A DNA stretch of 64,000 bases from the human T2T-CHM13v2.0 reference genome, Homo sapiens. Positions 48,110-64,000 of this stretch are shown in pieces (the stretch's first letter is position 1; every line of letters begins with the position of its first letter). The DNA is taken from the NCBI RefSeq assembly GCF_009914755.1, contig NC_060926.1; one strand, written 5' to 3'. The notes under the pieces are model-generated. The model saw only the letters and a program-made list of their open reading frames with translations. It did not search any database and had not been told where the DNA came from. Made by a program: the position numbers and the translations under genes.

Positions 48110-48989
48110 ATAAGTTAGAATTTTTACTTAAGGGTTTTAGAAAACTTTTGAGAATCCAAGTATAGTTTGAGTAGGGAGTGTGATACATAGGTTTAGAGTT
48201 TCAAGAAAGGTGAGCATTTGTTAAGTATCTACACATATATTACTGTCAAAGCCGTAATTATCTATGAGATTATTTAAGGGGATTATATATTCTGAAAGAA
48301 TTTTCAAATAATGTGGAAATGCTCATGAAATAATGAGACGAAATTCAGGAAAAAAATGATATATATTGTTATGGGAACAAATACATAAGGGTTTATTTAC
48401 GTAGAGAACATACAGGAGAAAGAATTGTGTGCATAGAAAAAAACTTCAGTAAATTAACATAAAAATAAAATCTATGCATATCTATACAAATTTTATTTTT
48501 ATAAAAATGTATGATATTATAAATATTAAAATACCATATATAGTATATCTATATATGGGAATTTGTTTTTTAATTCTCCTTTGTTGGTTTTTGTAATTCT
48601 CCCACATTATGTTATAAATATATGTTTATTTTAATCACCTAAGCAGTGTCATTTGAAGTTAGGAAATATAAATATGTATCTGTCATTAAATATAAGAAAG
48701 GAACAACTAGGATGAAAAAGTATAAGACAGTACAAAAATAGTTTCATAATTCCTAAAATACAAGTAATTATAAATAAAAGTGAGATAAATTCAAACATAA
48801 CATATACTTAAAAAAAATCAATGCAATTTTTAGCTACTATTTATAGGAGACTTGGCAAAGGCGGCTCATGATCCACAGGAAGGAGATTCAGGTATTAAAA
48901 ACATGAACTCACAGACCAATTTCTAAAATGCACAAAATGTGTTTAAAAAGTAATAAAAGTTGAAAAAGTAATAAAAGAAAAACTAAAAG

Positions 48990-50908
48990 CCTGAAGAGGT
49001 AGTTGTGTTCATGGATATGAAGACTCAATATTGTCAAGAAATAGTTTTCCCCAAATGAATCTAGTGATTCAATTTATTCCAATAAAACTTTCATTGAGTA
49101 ATTTTATGAATATCAAAAAAAGATCCTAAAATTTATATAAAGAGGCAAAATATCCAGCATAGCCAACACAACATTGTTGTGTGTTGAGAACAACAGAGCT
49201 GGAGGCCAGACAACACCAGACTTCAAGAGCTGACTATAAAGCTTCAGGAATGAAGAGAGTGTGGTATTGGTGAATTAACAGACAAATAGATTAATGGAAC
49301 AGAATAGAGATCCCAAGACAGATCTACATAAATACAATTAAATTATGTTTGGCAAAGGAGCAAAAATAATATAATGGAGAAAAAATTGTCTTTTCAACAA
49401 ATAATACTGGAAAACCTGCGAATCCACATAAAAAATGAATAAGGTCACACAAATTAACTCAAAATAGAACATAGGCCATATTGAAAAATGCAAAATGGGG
49501 CCAGGCGTTGTGGCTCACGCCTGTAATCCCAACACTTTGGCAGGCCGAGGTGGGCGGATCACGAGGTCAGGAGATCGAGACCATCCTAGCTAACATGGTG
49601 AAAACCCGTCTCTAATAAAAATACAAAAAATTATCTGGGCGTGGTGGTGGGCCCCTGTAGTCCCAGCTACTCCGGAGGCTAAGGCAAGAGAATGGCATGA
49701 ACCCGGGTGTCAGAGTTTGCAGTGAGCCGAGTTCGCGCCACTGCACTCCAGCCTGGGGGACAGAGTGAGACTTCATCTCAAAAAAAAACAAGAAAAATGC
49801 AAAATGATAAGACTCCTAGAAGATAACATAAGAAAATATCTACCTAATTTTTGATATGGCAATCAATTTTTAGATATAATAAGCAAAACTACATTAAAAA
49901 AAAGCTTCTCCCCTTTGAGAGGCACTGTCAAGAGAATAAGCCACAGACTAGGAGAACAATTTTGCAAAAGACACATCTGATACAGGACTGCCATCCAAAA
50001 CATACAAAGAAATATTAAAATTTGTTAACTAGAAAGCCAACAATCCAATGAGCAAAACTTCATCAAAGAAGGTAGACAGAGGGTGAATAAACATACAAAA
50101 GATGTTTAACATCATATGCTGCAGGTAAATACAAATTAAAACAACGAGACACCACTATACACTCATGAGAATGGCCAAAACCCAAAACCTTGACAACACC
50201 AAATATTGATGTGCATGTGGAGCAATAGGGCCTCTCATTCATTGCTGGTGTGAAGGCATATGGTGTGGCCTTTTGGAAGGCAGTTTGTCAGTTTCTCATG
50301 AAATTAAATAGACTTTTACCCTACATATAGCAATTCTGCTCATTGGTATTTACCCAAATGAATTAAAAAGTAATATCCACACAAAAACTGCTCACAGATG
50401 TTCATGGCAGCTTTGTTCATAACTTTCAAAACATGAAAGTAATCACTATGTTCTTCATTAAGTGAATGAATAAAGAAACTGGTGCATCCAGACAGTGGAA
50501 TATTATTCAACACTAAAAAAAATATGCTATTAAGCCATGGGCATGGCTTACTATGAGCACAGTAAAAAGATTAGTGTTTGCCAGGCATTTGGAAAGAGGG
50601 AAGGATAATAGGCAGAACGCTGAGGATTTTTAGGACAGTGAAAACTATTATGTGTGAGTCACATAATTGTACAGTTGTCAAAACTCATAGAATGTAGAAT
50701 ACCAAGAATGAACCCTAATACAATGGATTTGGGGTGATGATGTGTTAGTGTAGTTTCTCCAGTTGTAACCAGTGTACTACTGCAGTGTAGAACGTCAGTA
50801 GTGGTGAAGGTATGCATTTATGGGGGAAGGAGGTATGGAAATTCTCTGTATGTTATGAAGCTAATACTACCCTAAAAAGAAAGCTTATCAAAACAAATAA
50901 ATAAATAA
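48990..50908 (+). mobile_element. L1MC-type (L1MC1-like) 3' ORF2 and 3'UTR
   Basis: GACTCAATATTGTCAAGA and GTCAAAACTCATAGAATGTAGAATACCAAGAATGAACCCTAAT. Confidence 0.78.
49498..49791 (+). mobile_element. AluY with 15-bp TSD GAAAAATGCAAAATG (49483-49497 / 49792-49806)
   Basis: GAGATCGAGACCATCCTAGCTAAC and GAATGGCATGAACC; perfect TSD. Confidence 0.95.
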
Positions 50909-50954
50909 TGCGAAGAATAAAAGAAAATAAGAGGCATAAAAATTCGCATCTTTG

Positions 50955-52970
50955 ACTTTGCAGAAGATAGAGTAGGAAGTTCTAGGAATCCATCCCTCTC
51001 CTAAAGCAACTATTTAGCACAACAATTGTCTGAATCAACTATTTTGAGGCCTCTGAAGTCTTGTTGAACACTTGTAACATCAAAATGTCTGCTTGATGAA
51101 GAAAAGAAGAAAAAAAATTGTGAATTTTAGCATTTTGTGTAGTAGGTACAGTTTCCTAGCTCCCAACTCTACAGTAGAAATATAAAGGAATGGTACCCTA
51201 CATTCTTGGTGAGGCTCGCTTGTACCAGAGTGAACAATGGGGAGCTTGCCCTCCATAAACTGGGGTTTTGAGTTTTGATGGATATGGTGCTTTGCTGAGG
51301 GGATGACATAGAAGCTGATCATTGATTCAACTATCAGAAAGTGACTTTCCTTGCAGGATTGATTAAAGGAATTTAAAAGACAGAATGCTCTTATTTGTTT
51401 TTCTTTCTTTTTCTTTTTTTTTTTAATTGAGTTTATGAATTTAAGTAAATCTCAGCCAAGTCACTGGCCTGACCATGGAGAAATGGAACAGAGACTTCGG
51501 TAACCACACATAGCAAGAAATATAGTCTTTGCAAAAATCATTTTGTAAAGACATTCAACAGACAACTGTAATATTAATCAGGAAACAATAACAGTCCTTG
51601 AGGAAAGGAGAATATATGATTTCCAGAGTTAACAATTACAATACCCAAAATTTTCAGTTCTTTACAAAAATTTATAAATAATACAAAAAAAGAGTATATA
51701 ATGGCTCATTTTAAGGAAAACAAGAATTTGATAGAAACCATCCTTTAAGAAGCCCATACCTTGAACCTACTAGATGAAAACTGTAAGTTTTCTTAAAACT
51801 TGAAAGCTGTCTTAAAAATGTTCAAACAGGTGAAAGAAGTAATGCACAAAGAATTAAAGAATATCAGCAGAAAAACGTATGAACATAGAATACCAAAAAA
51901 AAAGAGACAGAAATTATAAAGTGAACAAAAGAGAAATTTAGGAGTTGAAAGTAAGTTAGCTGAAATCAAAAAGGAAAACCATTAGAGAGTTTCAATGACA
52001 GATTTGAGCAGGCAAAGAAAGAATCAGCAAACTTGAAATTAGTGCAATTTATATTATCAGTCTGAGAAGCAGGATGAAAAACAATAAAGATACACGACAT
52101 GAAGAGAGCCTAAGGGACCTATGATGCATCATCCAGCATACTAAATTAGTACTAATATTAATGGAGTTCCAGAAGAAGAGCAAAAAAGAAAGGGACAGAA
52201 AAAAATAATTGAATAAATAATTCCAAAAATATCTTGATAAAACTTTGATAAAAAATATGACTCTAGACATTCAAGAAGCTCAATAAATCTCACATAGGAT
52301 AAACTAAAAACAATATCTACACTAAGAAACATTACAAACCACGTGGACAAGAAGGCAGTGAGATGATGCTTCTAAAGTGCTGAAAGGTAAATGAAATTTA
52401 TCCAAAAATTCTATGTTTGGAAAAACTCTATTTCAAGAATGAAGAAGATACTGAGACATACCCAGATAAACAAAAGTTAAAGATGTGCCTAACTAATTGA
52501 CCCGCCCTATAATAACAGCTAAAGGGAATCTGTCAGTCTGAAAAAATATGACACCAAACATTGACTCAAAGCCATACAAAGAGATAAAGATCACTGGTAA
52601 GTGTAACAACCTAGATAAATATAAAAACTATTATTCTTCTTCTTTTTGTCTATTATTCTTCATTTTGTTTCCTACATATTTTTAACAACTGATTCATAAA
52701 TAATTACAATCTATGTTGACAGGCATACAATATATAAATATTTTGTTTGAAAAATAACAACCATAAAGAGGGAGGAAGATGCTTTTATAATGAGCAGAAT
52801 TAATGTATGCTATTGAGGCTAAATCGGTATCAATTTATGCATGGTTGTTCTAAATTTATGATGACCATAAACTCCATGGTGGCCACAAAGAAGATAACTA
52901 AAAAATATACACAGAAAAGGAAAGGAATAGGCAATACAAATAGCACACTAAGAGAAAAATCAATAAAAGT
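50955..52970 (+). mobile_element. Old L1M 5' region and decayed ORF1
   Basis: CAGATTTGAGCAGGCAAAGAAAGAATCAGCAAACTTGAA and GGAGTTCCAGAAGAAGAG. Confidence 0.7.
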
Positions 52971-53227
52971 GTATCAGAAAAACACTTTCTTGTTTTGTTC
53001 TGTTTTGTTTTTACACATTCAATGCAACATAGGAAACCAATCTACCATTAATCTGGACAGTGCTGAACACTTTTTATATATTGTATCTAATCCTTGCAAC
53101 TTGGTATATATCTTGATCTTCTTTTTAAATATAAAAAGTCTTCTGGTTTTTAAAGAGATTTTCCAATATGTATATGTTTGACGCTTCAGATGATTTAAAC
53201 ATTAAAGGTTTGGCAAAACAGTGGTGA

Positions 53228-53576
<349 letters not shown>

Positions 53577-55057
53577 AAATTGTACTACTTCTAATTACAA
53601 TGACAATTGTGAACATAGGACGGCCATAGTCTATATGTCTGGATGCTGGTTTGTACATCTGAAGGTTGTGATGAATTATTGGGTCTCATTAAAGCCCTCT
53701 CCTGCTTAAATTATTGCATAGGTATTTGAGGCCTGGCATCCTGTTCTGTATGTTGTGATAGTGAGGTGAACCCCAGCGCTGTAGTCCAGGACAGCTCTAG
53801 CCTCTCTATTTAGATCAGTTGTATTGTTCCTCTGGAACAGGAAAGTTGCCATTTGATGACTTGCTTGTCATAAGTTGTGTGAAATGTGCTCCTCCAGTTA
53901 CTAGCAAAAAATAAGGAGAAAATGGAATTGACCATTACTTGAAGCTCAGGCATCAGAGTCTGAGATGAGCCGCTGCGAAATGAGCATGGCATCTGAGAAT
54001 TGAGTTTATAAAATAACATAGTTTTTAAGGAAGTAATTCGTTTTTAAATTATTTTCTGAGATAACATCTCAATATTGATTTGGACTGAGAAAAATTTTCA
54101 ATGCCCTGGTTACAAAGTTTTACCTATGCTGGGGCAAAGAGTGGGACAAATATGTCATGCAAGAAGAATGTAATGACAGTGCTGGGTCTGTCCTGCAGAT
54201 CCTGGTTGAGTGATGGATGAAAGGAATTTCTATGTGTGCATGAATTGAGTATTTGAAATAAGCTTTTAAGGTTACTATCCAAAATAATACAGCTAATCTG
54301 TGACTAAAATAAAGTACAAATACAAGCATGTTGTTTGAGTTTGTATATTTTCATAAATATATTTGCACTGAAGATGACAGGTGAAATTCATAAATTCATG
54401 TATTTTATCTATGTGGCAAGCACATGTTATGTGATAAATGTTCACTTACTTGCATATGTATATATATATGATAATAACCTGAGGGAAAATTATGATTCCT
54501 TACTTCTACTTATGCTAACATATATTCTGAAATTTATTTACAGAGGAACATATGTAGACAAATATTTTATAACAGTTCTCAAATTTACAGGCACTACATT
54601 AGCTTGAAACCATTAAAAGTATTATGTTTAGAACAAAAAGTAATCAGCAATTTTAGCAACCATCAACAATATAATTCAGATAAATATATCAAATATTTTT
54701 CAGTATTTATTAATTGAGTCATCTACATTAATATCTAGACTGAAGCTGCTATATACACTTTGATAATTGATCCAGTTTTATCTGTATTACCCTGTATGTC
54801 TACTCCCAACTTAGATTTTGTACATATTAAAGTTCAATGATATCTGACAATTGAATGAATAAATACATATACACTGTGAATACTAGGATATCTGAATTCC
54901 TAGGTCACAGCTTTTCAGGCATTCATGTTTGTTGTAATATATTAGCAAACAATTCCAAAAGCTCCAAGAAAATATTTTATCTAATGCTGAAGACTAGATT
55001 AAGGTCAAGTGAACTGGAAGGGATTTAAGCTAGATAAAGGACAATTATTTTCTAAGC

Positions 55058-56160
55058 TTTTAACAAATATTTTTGAGTATCTACTAGGTGCCAAGGAGCA
55101 CAACAGTTTCTGAATATATGAATTAAGCAAAATAATATTCTTTTCCAGCCAAGACCTTATAGAAGTAAACCAAAAATAGCAATATATTTCACAAGTGTTG
55201 TATTTGAAGTAACTACAAGGTCCTTAGTGGAGCACCTTGCTGGTATACTAAATTCTGAGTTAGAGAATCAGGAAAAATTTTATTTCTAATCACACTTCAA
55301 ATATGATTTCCAAAGGCTATGTAAAAGTTATTCAGATTAAGTTGCTGCTGATGAGGGAGAAGAGAGGAAAATGTTCTAGAGAAGTAGTAAGTATTGAGGA
55401 GAGAGAAAACATGAAGTCTTTTAAAGATACACAAGTGTGTACAAAAATCTAATAGCTTCAGTTACCTTTACTTGACAGGAAGTAGTAAAAAATGAAAGAA
55501 AGGGTAGGGGCAAATAATGAATGACTGTGTTGTGTTCATTCAGAGCATTGGAACTCATGTTGAGGATAGCAAGTTCAAGGACTTGAAGCAAAGACATTTT
55601 TACAAAGCAGATTTTCTATTTGGGAATATCAGCATGAATTCGATATGAAAAATAGAAGGAAGGAAACCAAAATGAAAAGCTAGAACACACTTTCAAAGAT
55701 ATCACAATAATTCTGGGAATAGATGCTAATGACCGAAACTGTGGAGGTGGAATTTGAGAAGGAAAAAAAAGGAAAAAAATCCTCTTCAATATTTTGGTAA
55801 TATAATAAAAATGGAGATGGATGGATATGGGAGTAGAGAGCAGGGGAAATTAGGTGATATACATGTTTACAGTATGAAAAGCTTCCTGAGTTACAATGAT
55901 ATTCCCTGGTATATAAAACACTAGGGGAGTAGGAGTAGAATATTTTTTTTTGAATAGGGAAACAGGAGTTATGGGGGAATAGTAAAGTTCAATTTTTGAC
56001 ATATTGCATTAACATAGCTATATATTACATACTCAAATAGAAATATCAAGTGGGTTACAGAACACATGGGTATAGAAACCAAGGGAGAGGGCTAGGGCAG
56101 AGTTTTAGAGAGAGCCGACTCATGATAACTACTCTAAATTTAAAAGTAGACAGTGTGGAG
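55058..56160 (-). mobile_element. L2 3' region
   Basis: TTTAACAAATATTTTTGAGTATCTACTAGGTGCCA and AAGTTCAATTTTTGACATATTG. Confidence 0.62.
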
Positions 56161-57219
56161 AAAAAGTACCACAAGATGCACAATTTGGGAGCAACAGATC
56201 TTGTACATTTCAAAATGTACAGGAATCTAGAATTAAGCAATTCAAAAAGAGGGCCGCTATCCACAGTAGGCAGATTTTTCACATCACCAAAGATTCTGGG
56301 TGCAGAGTGAGTATGCTTAGGAGCCCTGTAACGTTCCACCCTCCAGAAGTGTGCCTGCAGGACATACTGCACCAAGGTGGAGGATTTTTCATTTTCAAGT
56401 GTAGCTTATTCTGTACAGAAACTATTCTGTTAACTTGTCCATCCTAAAGATGTTTTTCAGTTCCTTAGTTAAAAAAGTTGTATTATTTTTAAAGTTAAAA
56501 CACTTTGTACCAATTGAGTTTACCATAAATGATTATGCTTCAAATAACCAAATAATAGAAAGTGTAGAAATTTTTTCTATATGGTGAGTTATCCTTTAAA
56601 AAGTAGTTTGGTTCCCTCATAAAGTTCTGGAATTATGAACTCTTTTGTGGCTACCTACCCTTTCACCCAAAAAAGCTTCCTCATGATGCACTCATGTTTA
56701 GCGTATTGTATTTTGAAGAGATTTATTTCTATCTTATTGATGAACAAGAAGCATTTACTGAATGGAATTTAGGAAGAGGGTTTTTAATGATGAAAAATGG
56801 AATAAAGTTATAAGTAGTATTTTATTTTTATAATAGCAGAAATTAACATTTACTTGTTACTAAAGTAAAGGTTTGAGCCAAGAACATTGTATAATATCAG
56901 CTTGGAATGAAATTCTCAAATGTTTTCTAGATCTAAAAATCTATAATTCTGATCCACCAGCTTCAAAGGCAGATAGTTTTTTTTTCATTACCCATATTAT
57001 GCATGCCTTTATAATTGTTTCTGCTTAACTTTCAGAGACACTCTAAAAAAGAAAAGTATACAACTAAAGTCATTTTGACATTTTATTGGCTTTGAAAAGG
57101 AACACTAACATAACTGCATGTTCTCAGAAATGGACAGATAATCACGTGTTTGAGACTATTTTTAACCTCATGCATCTTGTGTGAAATCAGGTGCAGAGAA
57201 GATTTATCATTTTGAGTGG

Positions 57220-58030
57220 TGTGTTAGTTAGTTAGGGCTGTCGTGACAAAGTACCACAGACTGGGTGGCTTAAACAATAGAAATTTGTGGTCTCACAGTG
57301 TTGGAAGCTGGGAGTGCAAGATCAAGTTGTCAGCGGAGTTGGTTGTTTCTGAGAGCCACAAAGAAAAGATTTGTTCCAGTCTTCTTATTTTGGCTTCTAG
57401 ATGGTGTTATTCTCCATGAGTCCTCTCTGTATCTGTGTCCAGATTTCTTTTTCTTACAAGGACACCAGTAGTATTGGATCAGGGCCCACCTATATCACCT
57501 CATTTTAATTCAGTTGTCTTTATAAAGACTCTATCTTTAAATGCGGCCACATTATGAAACACTGGGAGGATAAGACTTCAACATACAAATTTACAGGGGA
57601 ACACAATTCAGCCCATAACACTCCACTGTCTGGTTCTCCCAAATTCCTGTCTTTCTCATATAAAAAATACATTAACCCCATCCCAACTGTCCCCAAAGTC
57701 TTAACCCGTTCCCATACAAACTCTAAGTCCAAAATGTCACCTAAATATCATCTAATGCAATATGGGTGGAGCTGGAGGTATGAGTCATACTGAGGCAAAA
57801 GGCCCCTTCAGCTGTGAATCTATAAAAGCAGACAAGTTATCTGTTTCATGCAATGGTGGGACAGGCATAGGATAGACATAATCATTGCCATTCCAAAAGA
57901 GAGAAATGAGGACTAAGAAAGGGGTCAAGGTTCCCAACAAGTCCAAAACCTAGCAGGTCAAATTCCATTATATTTTAAAGCTCGAGAACAATCCCCCTTT
58001 GGCTGGATTATCTGTCCTTCACATTCACCA
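57220..58030 (-). mobile_element. MLT1B-type LTR (57220-57620) plus adjoining MLT1 internal fragment
   Basis: AGGGCTGTCGTGACAAAGTACCACAGACTGGGTGGCTTAAAC...ACACAATTCAGCCCATAACA, followed by CCCCAAAGTCTTAACCC internal sequence. Confidence 0.82.
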
Positions 58031-58239
58031 GGGTGGTAGCCCTGCCTTCCAGGCAGACCGTGGTAGAAGCCCATTTCCTCAACCCAGGGCACCCTGAACC
58101 CTTGGCCTTGAGCCTAGCTCACTGGAATAAGGAGGAGGCGGTCTCACCCACTGGTTTGTGCCCTCTGAGCCTTAACTCCTTGAGTTAAAACCTTAAACCA
58201 CCACCCAAGAGGTAAACTGGGCATCTAAGCATGATTTTT

Positions 58240-58470
58240 TAGAACCTAGGCTTAGAATTAGAGAAACCTGAATATAAATCTTAGCATTATCAACTCCAAG
58301 CTGATGCTGTTGGTTAAATTGCTTAACCTTTCAGAGTTTGAGGGTCCTTATCTAAAAGTATGGATAATGATACCTCTTAAAGTATGGATAATAACCAAAC
58401 TATATTATTTATTTTGTTTCCAAAAATTAAATAATGTAAAAGCTAAATATCATGCACTTCATTGGAAGTC
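58240..58470 (+). mobile_element. MIR
   Basis: TAAATTGCTTAACCTTTCAGAG...CCTTATCTAAAA. Confidence 0.55.
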
Positions 58471-60539
58471 AGTGTTGTTATTAAGGGCAAGTATTGACTG
58501 AGAAGCTAAGCCAGATGAATCAAGCTTCTATCCTCCCTTCCAATACAGTGATACTTTATGTCATGTAAAATCCATGACAGAAATCCCTGGTTTACTTTTT
58601 AATAAGCCTTCTGATTTTTTATACCTACTTAGTATGGCATAACAACGCTGTTTAAAGTAAGTATCAGTGGTAGAGGAGAAGCAATACACTGCATTCCTAG
58701 ATTTTGAAAGATTTATTTAATTTCCAATTCTTCTTTTTATATTTAGTCCTCTTCCTAGACTACTGAGATTAATTAGATAAAGGAAAAAACGGCTTTCAAG
58801 GACTTTTTAGGGCTTCTAGGTAGAGAGAACCTTCTCCCTGGTGTACTCAGAGACATTTCTGTTACAAGGAATACAGTGTTCATTTATGCAGCAGAATAGA
58901 AGAGAAACAGCATGGGCTATGGTTTCAGACAAGTCTAAGAGTTAGAACTTCAACTCTGTCCTATATTAGTGAAGGGACATAGGACATATTTCTTTTGGTG
59001 GCTCTTAATTTTACTATTTTTGAAATGGTGATGAGAATAATGGTCTCATAGAACACCTACCTCAGATTAAGACAAAATAATAAAGTAGGTGTAATTTTAC
59101 ATTGTGTAAATTGGAAATCACACAATTATTTATTTGGATACCATTCAATTTTTTTAAAACCAAAATCCTGAGAAGTAAAAATTATACAGAAGAGAGATAA
59201 AATATTAAAGGTTACCCTCTTTGTAAACCATGGGGATCTCCAATGAGATAGTCAAAACTAACATTTATTTTCCATAAGCCATACTGTTACTATAACTCTC
59301 TTTAGATAGATGTAAAAGATCAAGATGCCTTTAAGACCCTAGATATTTGACTTCTATATCTTTAAATTTAAAATTTTCAACTCAACTCTAATTTTGTAAA
59401 AATAAACTATTTTTTCTATATATTAGAGGCTTTATAAAATTTGTCTTTGAAATTTTTTTGTTTGTTTTGTTTTGCTTTGTTCTGGAGTAAGTAGAAAGAG
59501 AAAATTAAAAATCTTCGGTAACTTTTGCCTGGAAAACAATCATAGATCTACACTAAGTGACTCTCATTTGGCCCTGGCTCACATTTGTCCACTGAATCAG
59601 CAAAATTAATTTGCCGCACTATGCCCACTCCCAGAGCCAGGCTTACTCAGCCATGGTTAGGTATTTACCTAGCATGTTAGATTTGCTTCATGTTTATTTT
59701 ATCGGCAAAGATTATTTTCTGCATGAACTCTCTACATGTTCTTTCATCATTTTTGTCATCTAACAATATAATACTTTCAAGTTCACTAAAGCACGGTGAA
59801 TGTATTTTATGACAACATGGTTACTTTCAGCAACTATGCTACTCTTGCAAGACTGAAACTCTTCATGTACCTCAGAGTAATTTAAATGGAGAGATAAGAG
59901 CTTATTTATGAAAATAAGATTGAAGGCACATTTTTCTGGGACCAAATGAAACAAAATTTCTCTTTAACTTACAGAAAATAATGTAAAATGAACCTAAAGG
60001 AAGGTTTGAAAATATTAAAAGGAACAAATTGCGGAGAAAAATCTTTCTTCAGAAAGGTTATGTTAGGCGATAGTTAAGCTTCCATATTGAATTTAAAAAA
60101 AATCCCTTGGGTGAAGGTTTTTCGAGATTAAGTATGTAGGTTCAATGACAGGACAGATCATAATTCTCTTTGTCTGAAAGTTAAAGTTAAGGCCACCATC
60201 AAAAATATAATAGAATATCAGGATAGAAATCAGAAAGCATAAGTTAAGTGATATTTAGTCATTTTACTATAGTTCAAGGTTTACAACAACACTTCCACAT
60301 GCATTAATTGTTTCTCTTATGTCCTATTCAGGGTTCACTAGTAACTTTATCCATCTGTGAGTTTGGGGAAGCCATCAGACAGCTGGTGATAATAGCTAGA
60401 CTTACGACACCATAAAATATTTAAAAGTAAATGAGATAGATAACTGGAGTAACTTTTGAGAAAACTGCTAAGAATTATTTTTATGTGTAATATGAAATTA
60501 TTTATTTGTTATTGTAAAAGTGTGATAGAATTAATTACA

Positions 60540-60910
60540 ATTTTAAGCTTATTTTCAGATAATAAGAACATTGTAGGAAGTTGCAAGGAGATTCCACAAT
60601 CACCCTTCAACAGCACTCACAATGGTAACATCTTGTATAATGATCGTAAAATATTAATGCCAGGAAATTGACATAGTACAATTCACAAAGTTTATTCAGA
60701 TCTTACCATTTTCACAAGCACCTCTTTATGTGTGTGTATAATTCTATAAAGTTCTATCACATATGCAGCTTCATGTAATGACAACAACCACAATTGACAT
60801 ACAGAACTGTGCCATCACTTCAAGGCTCTCTCTTGTCACCCATGTATAGCCACATTCGCATGCTACCCCCTCCGCCGATCCCTATTAGCTATCCATAACT
60901 ACTTGCCATC
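60540..60910 (-). mobile_element. L1MC4-like 3'UTR fragment
   Basis: AATGGTAACATCTTGTATAA...CCAGGAAATTGACAT...TTATTCAGAT. Confidence 0.68.
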
Positions 60911-60974
60911 TTCACTATGTTGAGACTTCCAATAAATGAACATGGTTAAGTATCTTCAAACACTTTGGTCACTT

Positions 60975-64000
<3,026 letters not shown>

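Noticed and set aside
53772-53798. Split REST/RE1-like motif CCAGCGCT...GGACAGCTC
   Set aside because: The left half-site matches poorly, so it cannot be distinguished from chance.

Overview
This is AT-rich hominid (most likely human) genomic DNA made mostly of transposable elements. I find no host protein-coding exon, RNA gene or CRISPR array that I can support, and no evidence of a new biological system. Subfamily names come from my recollection of consensus diagnostics, not from a database search. Bases 1-19.4 kb hold a nested retroelement stack. First is a minus-strand L1PA2-type LINE-1 with an intact 5'UTR, ORF0, a singly frameshifted ORF1 and an ORF2 that appears open to the window edge. 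Next is an old L2 interrupted by a two-LTR THE1B and by a two-LTR MER4A-type ERV1. That ERV carries a chimeric L1 (L1PA7-type body fused to an L1PA3-type 3' end, no TSD). The rest is ancient L1M/L2/MIR fragments, MaLR and MER77 LTRs, two DNA transposons, nine near-full-length Alus plus one stub, and short unique islands. The best leads are the ORF2-open L1PA2 with a one-codon deletion in the endonuclease hairpin loop, the L1PA7/L1PA3 chimera, a perfect 47-bp direct repeat in unique DNA, and a template-switch hairpin that removed an Alu B box.
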